Assembly: GCA_051819665.1 (NCBI GenBank)
Contig: JBNJDG010000006.1
Coordinates: 1 to 53,340 of the forward strand
Direction of reading: 5' to 3'
DNA length: 53,340 nucleotides
DNA from: Nanobdellota archaeon
Lineage (GTDB): Archaea > Nanobdellota > Nanobdellia > Woesearchaeales > CAZZGN01
Position 1 is the first letter of the stretch; each line of letters opens with the position of its first letter. Below the pieces are notes generated by a model. That model was given only the letters and a program-made list of their open reading frames with translations. It made no database searches and had not been told where the DNA came from. Made by a program: the position numbers and the translations under genes. Shown here one piece after another: positions 37,006 through 45,342 of this stretch.

Positions 37006-37923
37006 TTAATCCTCTTGTGGATTGTCCCTTATCACAAGGCTCTTCTGGATGATATCCTTGTACTTGTAACTAAGTTCAAGTGTGACCTGTTTCGTATAGA
37101 GGTCATCCTTGTCAAGCTGATCCGATTTGCACCTGATCTTGGCTTTACCATCATTGAGCCTTGAAACATTACCGCTTCCTGAACTTGAACAGTCAAAGCC
37201 AACATTCTCGTCGTTGCCTTCTGTCATCTCGAACTCAAACTTGTTATGCATCGAGTTGAACTCCTTTCCGGGTCTTGCGACTTCTCCACCTCCAACATTC
37301 TCCACATTGAAGATGAGGGTTATCTGTTTTGATCCGCCGGGTTGCTGCTTAACCTTCTTGACGGTAAGAGGTGCTCCGGAAGCGAAAACTTCCTTCTTCT
37401 CATCAAGTTTGCAGAGGCTGTCGTCCCTGTAATCACCTTTGAAGCATACGGAGGGCACTGATACATAAGTCTTGTAATCGTATTTCACTGTGGCGAAGAA
37501 ATCCGCTTCATGGGTCAGACCTCCGACATCTTCGAGCATGGCATTTCCGAAGCTTATCGTTTCCTGGCCGCCTCTTTCGTTGTATTCTGAAACCTTTTCA
37601 AGTTCTTCTTGATTGCTTTTCACTGGGTCATCTATCCCGAACATCTTTGTATCGATTCCCTGGATGGTCACATTAAGATCTCCTGGAGAGATGTCCTCTT
37701 CCCCTTTGTTCTTCACGGTTATTTCTACAGGGAACTCTTCGCCTTCCCAGACAGTCTGGACACCATTCACATCTGTGCCCATGACCTCGAAATTGGCGAT
37801 GACGCCCTGCGTACCTCCATAGTAGACAGGCGGTTCCACATCTGAACTTCCGTCTCCGCTGCCTTCGCAGCCGCTCAGTATCATGACTGCTGCAATTGCC
37901 ATTATAATGAATAATCTTTTCAT
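37006..37923 (-). CDS. Putative lipoprotein, paralog 1 of a tandem family
   Basis: Signal peptide with lipobox ILSGC; beta-rich Cys-paired domain shared with its neighbours. Confidence 0.8.
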   Translation of the reverse strand: MKRLFIIMAIAAVMILSGCEGSGDGSSDVEPPVYYGGTQGVIANFEVMGTDVNGVQTVWEGEEFPVEITVKNKGEEDISPGDLNVTIQGIDTKMFGIDDPVKSNQEELEKVSEYNERGGQETISFGNAMLEDVGGLTHEADFFATVKYDYKTYVSVPSVCFKGDYRDDSLCKLDEKKEVFASGAPLTVKKVKQQPGGSKQITLIFNVENVGGGEVARPGKEFNSMHNKFEFEMTEGNDENVGFDCSSSGSGNVSRLNDGKAKIRCKSDQLDKDDLYTKQVTLELSYKYKDIIQKSLVIRDNPQED

Positions 37924-37927
37924 ATTA

Positions 37928-38890
37928 TCACTCCTCGTAACCTCTTATCTCGATATTCCTTTTTATATGAGTCCTGTAACCATATTCAAGCTCTATGGAA
38001 AGGGATGTCTTGTATGCGCTTCCTCCTCCTATGTCCGGATATGTGCAAGATACTCTCCCTCCTCCTTCGCTGATCTTTATATTGTTTGAAGGCTCGCAGT
38101 TTTTTGTAATGGATTCCTCTCCGACCTGAACTTCTATAAGGTCCACTGTATTCATATCTGCCGGGCTGAAGCCGGTAGGTCTTTTCCTTGGTTCCCAGAT
38201 ATCCTGCAGATCTATAACATCGCCATTACCTGCATTCCTTATATTGAATGTGAACCTCATCTTATTTCTCATGTTGTCTACCTTGACATGAGATACTGTC
38301 ACCGGCGCGCCTTGTCCAGAGCCCATGCTTACATCCTGTGAAACACAGGCCTTGTCTCCATAGGATCTGTGTGGATTAGGGTCTATGCATACTGTATCTG
38401 AAGCGAGCGTCTCGTATTCGTAAAGTGCGTATATCATGATGGGAATCTGGTATTTTTCCGTCCCGCTTGGTAGGTTAATTTCCCCCGACTGTCTCTGGAT
38501 GAGTTTGTATCCCCCTTCTCTGTTGAATTGGCTCCTTCCCGGAAGCTCTCCAAAAGAGAGCCCTTGTGATGGATTAGGGAGATATGAATAAGCGTCCAGA
38601 TCCTGTCCTGTAGTTGAACTACCCGTGGTTCCTATGATCCCTGTATCATAACCTGTGATATACAGCCATCCTTCATTAATAGTATGAGCACCTTTATTGT
38701 AAAGCTCTAAACCGACAGGAAGAACATCTCCCTCATAAACAACCCTTGGTGGATTATTTTTCAGGAGCTTCATCTCAAGGCCCTGTGTACCTCTCCTGAA
38801 ATTAACATCCCCTTCTTCTGACTTTTCTGTAGAGCAGCCGCTGATAAGAACGATCATCAATACTATAATGAAGAGTACATGAGGCCTCAT
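37928..38890 (-). CDS. Putative lipoprotein, paralog 2
   Basis: Lipobox LISGC; GTQGLEM..NNPP, YEYET..VCIDP, GQGAPV, YGYR. Confidence 0.8.
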   Translation of the reverse strand: MRPHVLFIIVLMIVLISGCSTEKSEEGDVNFRRGTQGLEMKLLKNNPPRVVYEGDVLPVGLELYNKGAHTINEGWLYITGYDTGIIGTTGSSTTGQDLDAYSYLPNPSQGLSFGELPGRSQFNREGGYKLIQRQSGEINLPSGTEKYQIPIMIYALYEYETLASDTVCIDPNPHRSYGDKACVSQDVSMGSGQGAPVTVSHVKVDNMRNKMRFTFNIRNAGNGDVIDLQDIWEPRKRPTGFSPADMNTVDLIEVQVGEESITKNCEPSNNIKISEGGGRVSCTYPDIGGGSAYKTSLSIELEYGYRTHIKRNIEIRGYEE

Positions 38891-38914
38891 ATATACCCAC
38901 TCTCCGGTTTTTCA

Positions 38915-39832
38915 TTATTTAAAGTTTTCGTTTTCATTGGCCAAGATCTTTATTTCTTTAGAATCAGATATTGTGTAGCCATATGAAAGATCAAGGTTGA
39001 TTGATGTTATATAGGAAGTGTCCCTTTTTTCCAGGGCTTCTTTCGGTTTGCATCTTGCTCTCCCTTCATCCCTTACTTTTATCCTCTGTGGTTGACAGTC
39101 CATCCTTTTCCCGGCTATCTTACCGGTGATATCTACAGTATTGAAGTATTCTTCCCTCATCTCACCATCACCACAGAAAGCTTTCAGAGAGTTGTCGTCG
39201 ATGATCCTCCCTCTGCCTTTGTTCCTGATGTAGATCTCGAATACGGGTTTTATATTTCCTTCTTCATCCTTGCTCATTGTCTGCTCAATCCTGGTTATGG
39301 CAACAGGAGCTCCCTGTCCGGAAAAGCTCTGGTCCTTAACAGTACATGGCTTATCTATGTCCTTCAGGTTGTAAACATCAGGGTCTATGCATACCTCTGT
39401 ATCAAGATGGGTCCCGTATTCGTAACATATGCTTGTAAGGATCTTAGAGGAGTGGATACTGCTCATCTCCTCAAGCTCTTTCGTGGTGCTGTAAAACATC
39501 CATTCGTCCCTTTTCCCATCAGGACTGTACCTTGACTTACCCTCAAGAGTAAAACCATAACTCCCATGGAAAGGCTTTTCTATATAAGCGTCTTCCACTG
39601 TTATTGACAAAAGTCCATCTCCAATATCATGGGCACCTTCATTCTTCATCTCTATGCCAATAGGCACTTCCTGCCCTTCAAAGAATTCTCTCGGGGGAGC
39701 ATTATCTATAAAATCCATCCTCACTCCTCTTGTGCCCTTATAGGGGTCAAAATCCTTTATTGCCCCTCCGCTGCATCCGGCAAGAGCAAGTGAGAGAATT
39801 ACTATTATCAGGATGATGCCTCTTTTTTCCAT
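38915..39832 (-). CDS. Putative lipoprotein, paralog 3
   Basis: Lipobox LAGC; GTRGVRM..NAPP, YEYGT..VCIDP, GQGAPV, YGY. Confidence 0.8.
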   Translation of the reverse strand: MEKRGIILIIVILSLALAGCSGGAIKDFDPYKGTRGVRMDFIDNAPPREFFEGQEVPIGIEMKNEGAHDIGDGLLSITVEDAYIEKPFHGSYGFTLEGKSRYSPDGKRDEWMFYSTTKELEEMSSIHSSKILTSICYEYGTHLDTEVCIDPDVYNLKDIDKPCTVKDQSFSGQGAPVAITRIEQTMSKDEEGNIKPVFEIYIRNKGRGRIIDDNSLKAFCGDGEMREEYFNTVDITGKIAGKRMDCQPQRIKVRDEGRARCKPKEALEKRDTSYITSINLDLSYGYTISDSKEIKILANENENFK

Positions 39833-39867
39833 ATTATCCTCTGCCTGGTCTTATTTTATAAATCTTT

Positions 39868-41346
39868 CTAATCCCCTTTCACATGGAAAGTCTTGTGAGC
39901 ATTAGTGAGGTAATCGTAATCTGCAATGACCCTTATGTATTTGGTTGAAAGAGGGGCAGAGCCCACGATGGCAGTCTTTTTCCTTGAATAAAGCGGGCAT
40001 GAGATTGTCCTGTATCTTTTTATCTCGCCTATGTCCTCTTTAAGCTTATAGAAAAAATAACGTTGGCATTCATCTATGCATCCTTCATCTCCTTCACATC
40101 TGTCTGCGCATCCTGATTCGGTGAGAGGGACTTTTTCCATCTCATGGTCGCATCTCTCAAGTTTCAGTTTCATGCTCTTCGGGACCTGTATCTCAAGCTC
40201 GTTTATGTCCTTTATATGGCCTTCCCATCCGTTCTCCAAGGTTATACCGAGTCTCGCCAGTCTCTCATCATTCTTGCTCACAGGTATCGGCTGGTAATCT
40301 ACAGTCCCTATACCAATCTTGATCGGCCCGCTAGTGTAGACTGCGGTAGGGTTCCTGTCCTTTACATCGTATTCCTCCAGGGGATCAGTACCTTCTTTCC
40401 TCAATGCCCTCAGCCTGGCCTCTTCTATGAAGTACGCTTTGGTATAACCCAATGTGCTGAAATCATACTCGGCGAAGAAATTCACTTTGAATGTTCCTTC
40501 AGGCAGGTCATCGAAGACACAGTCCATGGATTTTTCCTCATAGCTGAATATGCTGAAGCTGTCATACCTGCCGTTTTCAGGATAGGTCCTCGTGGCATTG
40601 TCGCTGGAGTTGCATATCATCCTGACTTCCTTTTCCTTATCAAGGGTTTTACCCTTTACAGTAGCCCAGAAAGTCATCTCCTCACCTTCTTTAAGGATGG
40701 GGCTTGATGCTTTTATATCTTCTATATAGATACCCAGCCTCTCGTCCTTCTCGCCTTCTTCCACTCTGCCTGTGAAGTAACCGCCGCTGGCATAATCAAG
40801 CTGTTTTTTCGTGAAATTGCCCCAATTTGCTGCTGGATCCCAGTCTTTCCAGAAAGTAAGTGTCTCTGCGGAGCTTATCGCCACTTCCTTGCTTAATGAT
40901 TTAATTGAACCTTCGGACATTATTGCAGTGTCGCTCAATAATATCGGGGCTACAAAGTATACGAATGCAGCCACGATGCCTATGATGATTACGAACTGGG
41001 CAAGAGGGTATTCCCTGACAAATTTAGTGCGCATCAGTTCAATCAAAACTCCGATTATCAGGAAAGGATAGAAGAAATGGTTGAAGAAGAAATATATCGG
41101 TACGCCGATGAATAGGAGAATCAGGAAAAGCTTCAGGCCTTTGGATTCCCTGACCATCTCTGTCTGCATGAGCATCAGGAAGATCATCAGGCCGATGAAT
41201 GGGAAAAAGAAAGGGTTAAATAGTATGTATATGGCAACTCCTCCAATCACGGCAGCTATGAGAAGTTTTATCCATGTATTGCCATGTTCGCTCATGTGCT
41301 GCTTTACCGAATCCGCGCCTTGCTGGAGCGTGTCTTTGATCCCCAT
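39868..41346 (-). CDS. Membrane protein with repeated N-terminal TM segments and an extracellular Cys-containing domain
   Basis: Repeated TM unit (aa ~25-135) then a beta-rich domain with YDFST, SGPI, ADYDY, loosely resembling the downstream lipoproteins. Confidence 0.72.
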   Translation of the reverse strand: MGIKDTLQQGADSVKQHMSEHGNTWIKLLIAAVIGGVAIYILFNPFFFPFIGLMIFLMLMQTEMVRESKGLKLFLILLFIGVPIYFFFNHFFYPFLIIGVLIELMRTKFVREYPLAQFVIIIGIVAAFVYFVAPILLSDTAIMSEGSIKSLSKEVAISSAETLTFWKDWDPAANWGNFTKKQLDYASGGYFTGRVEEGEKDERLGIYIEDIKASSPILKEGEEMTFWATVKGKTLDKEKEVRMICNSSDNATRTYPENGRYDSFSIFSYEEKSMDCVFDDLPEGTFKVNFFAEYDFSTLGYTKAYFIEEARLRALRKEGTDPLEEYDVKDRNPTAVYTSGPIKIGIGTVDYQPIPVSKNDERLARLGITLENGWEGHIKDINELEIQVPKSMKLKLERCDHEMEKVPLTESGCADRCEGDEGCIDECQRYFFYKLKEDIGEIKRYRTISCPLYSRKKTAIVGSAPLSTKYIRVIADYDYLTNAHKTFHVKGD

Positions 41347-41347
41347 C

Positions 41348-42715
41348 TTATTCGCACAACGCTTCCTTGACAGTATCCTCGGACTTGCTTTCCCCGTAGA
41401 TCCTTGAGCCTTCGCATTTACAGCGCCAGCTGGTGTCTTCCACTTTGCCTTCGTTCTTCACGTAGATCTTGTTACCGTCTTCACAGAAATATCTGTAATC
41501 ATCAGCGTCATATTCAGGCACTAACCTGAGGACCATCTCTGCCACTTCGATCCTCTGGCCGTCAGGCTTCAGTTTCATCCAGTTGTCCTCTTCCTTGAGA
41601 TGGTCTGCGGGGATGATCCTGCTGTATTCTTCATCTTCTGATCTTATCTGTCTCTTATATCCGTTCACGTTCATTATAAGATCATAGTCGTCATTGGTCA
41701 CGAACTCGAAGGATACATTCGCGGAAAGCTCGCCGTTGACAATTTCTTCGTAATTATCCTTCAAATCAAAATAATAGACAGGGTAATCTATATCTTTCAG
41801 GTCTGTCCTCACTTCTATAAGGTCTATCAGATAGTCGCCCTTATCCGTCTTGAATAAGAGCTCGTTCTCTCCCTGTTCTACGTAAGTCGGAGGGAAGTCT
41901 ATCACATTGAGCATCTGGCAATCAGGTATGCCGTAATAGAGCTCCCTTGAGTTAAGCTTTATCTGGAGCTTACCTACCCTGCTCTGCTCGCAGTTGGGGC
42001 TGAATTTCAGTTTTGCCCTCTCTACATTATTTGCTTCGCTTCCCGAGACGAAGAAGGTGTTCTTGCTGTCCTGCTTAGAGAGATCGGTTATATCTCCGAT
42101 GACCCTCACATTCTCGAGGCTGTACTCATTGGTCTTCCAGAACCTTGCCCCTACGCTGGAGACGGAGAATTTTAGGGTGTTTGCTTCTGAGAGCATCTCT
42201 CCCGGCAACTCTATGGGATTGGGATTATATTCTTCTATATCCTTCTCGTATATTATGTTGCCATTGAGTTCTATCGTAAGTATTCCTTCATTCTTATTGG
42301 AAATGAAACCCAGCCTTACATCTTTCGTGTTTTCAGGATCCGGAATCTCGAAAGTCATCTCATGGGTTTTTTCCTTCATTATATTGTTTTTTATGATGAA
42401 AGGATTCTCTTCTTTGATCGTATTGGAATCTGTCGACCTGTACAGGGTGAAGCTCGATATCTCATGAGAGCATTCATTGCTCATACATTCTTTGATATCG
42501 TTTATATCAAGCCTGCCCGGTCTTTTGCGCATCACTTCTACTTCATTGAGCTCTTTATAATCTACCTGGTCCTCTGAAGGGCCTTCTATATCTTCCTCCA
42601 GAAGATCTTCTCTTACATTTGCGGGAAGGAATAGTATATAGAGTATTATTGCCAGAGCTATAAGTCCAACCAGGGCCGCAGCTCCTCCGGCTCCATCACC
42701 TTTTTTGGCTACCAT
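41348..42715 (-). CDS. Secreted or membrane-anchored acidic surface protein
   Basis: MVAKKG followed by a hydrophobic helix (class III signal-like); repeated beta-rich units (L.I.LN...IY, N.LKF). Confidence 0.75.
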   Translation of the reverse strand: MVAKKGDGAGGAAALVGLIALAIILYILFLPANVREDLLEEDIEGPSEDQVDYKELNEVEVMRKRPGRLDINDIKECMSNECSHEISSFTLYRSTDSNTIKEENPFIIKNNIMKEKTHEMTFEIPDPENTKDVRLGFISNKNEGILTIELNGNIIYEKDIEEYNPNPIELPGEMLSEANTLKFSVSSVGARFWKTNEYSLENVRVIGDITDLSKQDSKNTFFVSGSEANNVERAKLKFSPNCEQSRVGKLQIKLNSRELYYGIPDCQMLNVIDFPPTYVEQGENELLFKTDKGDYLIDLIEVRTDLKDIDYPVYYFDLKDNYEEIVNGELSANVSFEFVTNDDYDLIMNVNGYKRQIRSEDEEYSRIIPADHLKEEDNWMKLKPDGQRIEVAEMVLRLVPEYDADDYRYFCEDGNKIYVKNEGKVEDTSWRCKCEGSRIYGESKSEDTVKEALCE

Positions 42716-42745
42716 ATATTTAAATTACCGAACCCTATATTTAAA

Positions 42746-43621
42746 TTATTTTCTATTTTCGTGGGCCCGTCTTAAGAGGTTCTTGTCCTCTTCCGATTGT
42801 TTTTTCTTCCTTCTCTCGAACATCCTTCTCTGTATCTCTATGGCCTTCTCCGGGTCGAGATCATGGCCGAACATCCTGAAATCTCCTTTATCTGTTTTCA
42901 CAGTCCCTTCTAAATGGGTATTCACGCCTATCCTTACACCAGTGTAGATTGATGTGTTGATTGAGGTCTTGCTGTAATCGCCTATCACACAGCCTATAAA
43001 TTGTTCTCCTGTGTTTATTGTATTGTCTTCTCCGTCCTTCACCTTTATATCTCCATAGGTGTTCTTCAGGTCTGAATTTGTGGTGCCTGCCCCTATATTG
43101 ACCCAGCTGCCGATGAAGCTGTTCCCTATATAACCGAGATGTTGTTTGTTAGAGTAATCACAGATTATGCTCTCCTCTATCTCTCCTCCGACTTTACAGG
43201 TGTTCCCTATATGGCACATACAGACTTTGCTGTGGGGGTTTATCCTGCTGTTCTTACCTATGAAGACAGGTCCTTCTATTACACAGAATGGGCCTATCTC
43301 CGCTCCCTCGCTTATATAGACAGGCCCTTCACTGGTATCAAGAACAGCAGTCTCATGGACACAGCTTCCTTCTTCCCTTATTATGTCCTTCTTGCCGGTC
43401 ATGAACTCCAGGTTTTCCTTAAGATACTTCCTGTTATAGATTATAACCTCATGAGGATAAGTAATCTTTTCAGGTTCATCTTTCTTCAGGTTTGATACAG
43501 ATGGTACTGTACTCTTATCCCTGTATCCTATATCGGCATACTTTGAGAGTTCTTTCAGTGTGAATCCCGCTATGGGAATCTCATCGGCTTCTCTTGTCTT
43601 AGTGATAGGGTCGAGTTTCAT
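42746..43621 (-). CDS. GlmU-like left-handed beta-helix acyltransferase with a short N-terminal region
   Basis: Hexapeptide repeats GPVYISEGAEIG, KVGGEIE, SNKQHLGYIGNSFIGSWVNIGAGTTNSDLKN. Confidence 0.82.
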   Translation of the reverse strand: MKLDPITKTREADEIPIAGFTLKELSKYADIGYRDKSTVPSVSNLKKDEPEKITYPHEVIIYNRKYLKENLEFMTGKKDIIREEGSCVHETAVLDTSEGPVYISEGAEIGPFCVIEGPVFIGKNSRINPHSKVCMCHIGNTCKVGGEIEESIICDYSNKQHLGYIGNSFIGSWVNIGAGTTNSDLKNTYGDIKVKDGEDNTINTGEQFIGCVIGDYSKTSINTSIYTGVRIGVNTHLEGTVKTDKGDFRMFGHDLDPEKAIEIQRRMFERRKKKQSEEDKNLLRRAHENRK

Positions 43622-45333
43622 TCTACAGTCACCGATTTCGCCAGGTTCCTCGGTTTGTCTATATCACATCCTTTGTCTCTGGCTATATGATAGGCAATCA
43701 ACTGAAGAGGGATTACACTCAGGAAAGGAGTCAGCTCGTCTGATGTTTTCGGTACTTCAAGCACATCATCAGCGTATTTGCCTATCTCCCCATCTTCTTC
43801 GGTGGAGATGGCGATCACTTTCCCTCGCCTGGCTTTAACTTCCTGTATGTTCGAGAGGACTTTCTCATAAGATTGGTCTTTCACACAGATGAAGACAGAG
43901 GGCATGTCCTTGTCGATAAGGGCTATAGGTCCGTGCTTCATCTCTGCGGCAGGATAGCCTTCTGCATGTATATAGCTTATCTCCTTAAGCTTGAGGGCCC
44001 CTTCAAGAGCTATAGGATAATTGACGCCCCTGCCCAGGAAAAGGGAATTATTCTTCGAGTTATATTCTTTGGTAAGTTCCATTATCTCTTTTTCTTTCGA
44101 GAGTATCTCTCTTATCTTATCGGGAATCTTTTCGAGTTCTTTGTTTATCCTTCCCCTTCCTATCCTTCCAGCTATCATCATCAGAACGGTCAGTTGTGTC
44201 GTAAAAGCCTTCGTTGAAGCTACACCTATCTCCGGGCCTGCTCTTGTATAAAGGGTTGTATCGCTTATCCTGTCTATTGTGCTCCCAGTTACATTGCATA
44301 TAGAGATTATCTTTGCGCCTTTCTTCTTCGCTTCCTTGATCCCTGCTACCGTATCTGCGGTCTCTCCACTCTGGCTGATGGCTATGACGGTGGTGCCTTT
44401 CTCTATCACCGGATCCCTGTATCTGAATTCTGAAGCATATTCGACTTCCACCGGTACTCCGGCGAGTTTCTCTATCCAATACTCTGCCACAAGGCCTGCA
44501 TGCCATGATGTCCCGCATCCGATGATGACTATCCTTCTGATGTCCTTTGGGATGTCCTTGACTTGTCCTCTGAGAGTCCTTTCTATAACTTCCGGCTGTT
44601 CATGTATCTCTTTGTGCATGAAATGTTCATAATTTCCCTTCATAACCTGCTCTACAGACCATTGGACTTTCTCACTCTTTTTCCTGATCTCTTTCCCTTT
44701 GAAATCAGTGAAGCTCACCTTTCCGTCGATGTATGCTATCTCTCCGTCTTTCATGAAGTATGCATCTTTCGTGTATGGCAGGAAGGGGCTGACATCGGAA
44801 GCCACGAACATCCCTCTTTTCCCTGTGCCTATGACGAGGGGACTTCCGTTCCTCACTGCGATCATCCTGTCCGATCTTTTGTCTATGGCTGCGAAAGCGA
44901 AGCTTCCCTTTAATTTTTTGACCGTCTTCCTGACTCCTTCCTCAAAATCATCGTATTGGGCTATAAGGTTGGGTATGACTTCTGTGTCAGTTTCAGAGTA
45001 AAGCTCCATCCCTTCGTTGAGTTCGGCATAATTTTCTATTATCCCGTTATGCACCACGAATATCCTATTATCCTTATCATGATGGGGGTGCGAGTTATTT
45101 TTAGTGACTCCGCCGTGTGTGGCCCATCTGGTGTGGCCTATGCCCAGATGAGCTTTCTCTTCGTCTTCTTTCTCATCCGAGATCCTCCCTACTTTCTTTT
45201 TCAGCTTTACCTTGTCTCCTGTCTTCAGAGCAATGCCCCATGAGTCATAACCTCTGTATTCGAGCGTCTTAAGCCCTTTCTTTATGATCCCTGAAGCATC
45301 TTCTGGTCCTTTATATCCGAATATCCCGCACAT
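43618..45333 (-). CDS. glmS: Glutamine--fructose-6-phosphate aminotransferase (isomerizing)
   Basis: MCGIFG, LEYRGYDS, HTRWATHG, HNGIIEN, SQSGETAD, EGALKLKE, DKPRNLAKSVTVE. Confidence 0.98.
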   Translation of the reverse strand: MCGIFGYKGPEDASGIIKKGLKTLEYRGYDSWGIALKTGDKVKLKKKVGRISDEKEDEEKAHLGIGHTRWATHGGVTKNNSHPHHDKDNRIFVVHNGIIENYAELNEGMELYSETDTEVIPNLIAQYDDFEEGVRKTVKKLKGSFAFAAIDKRSDRMIAVRNGSPLVIGTGKRGMFVASDVSPFLPYTKDAYFMKDGEIAYIDGKVSFTDFKGKEIRKKSEKVQWSVEQVMKGNYEHFMHKEIHEQPEVIERTLRGQVKDIPKDIRRIVIIGCGTSWHAGLVAEYWIEKLAGVPVEVEYASEFRYRDPVIEKGTTVIAISQSGETADTVAGIKEAKKKGAKIISICNVTGSTIDRISDTTLYTRAGPEIGVASTKAFTTQLTVLMMIAGRIGRGRINKELEKIPDKIREILSKEKEIMELTKEYNSKNNSLFLGRGVNYPIALEGALKLKEISYIHAEGYPAAEMKHGPIALIDKDMPSVFICVKDQSYEKVLSNIQEVKARRGKVIAISTEEDGEIGKYADDVLEVPKTSDELTPFLSVIPLQLIAYHIARDKGCDIDKPRNLAKSVTVE

Positions 45334-45342
45334 TTTCTCTCC

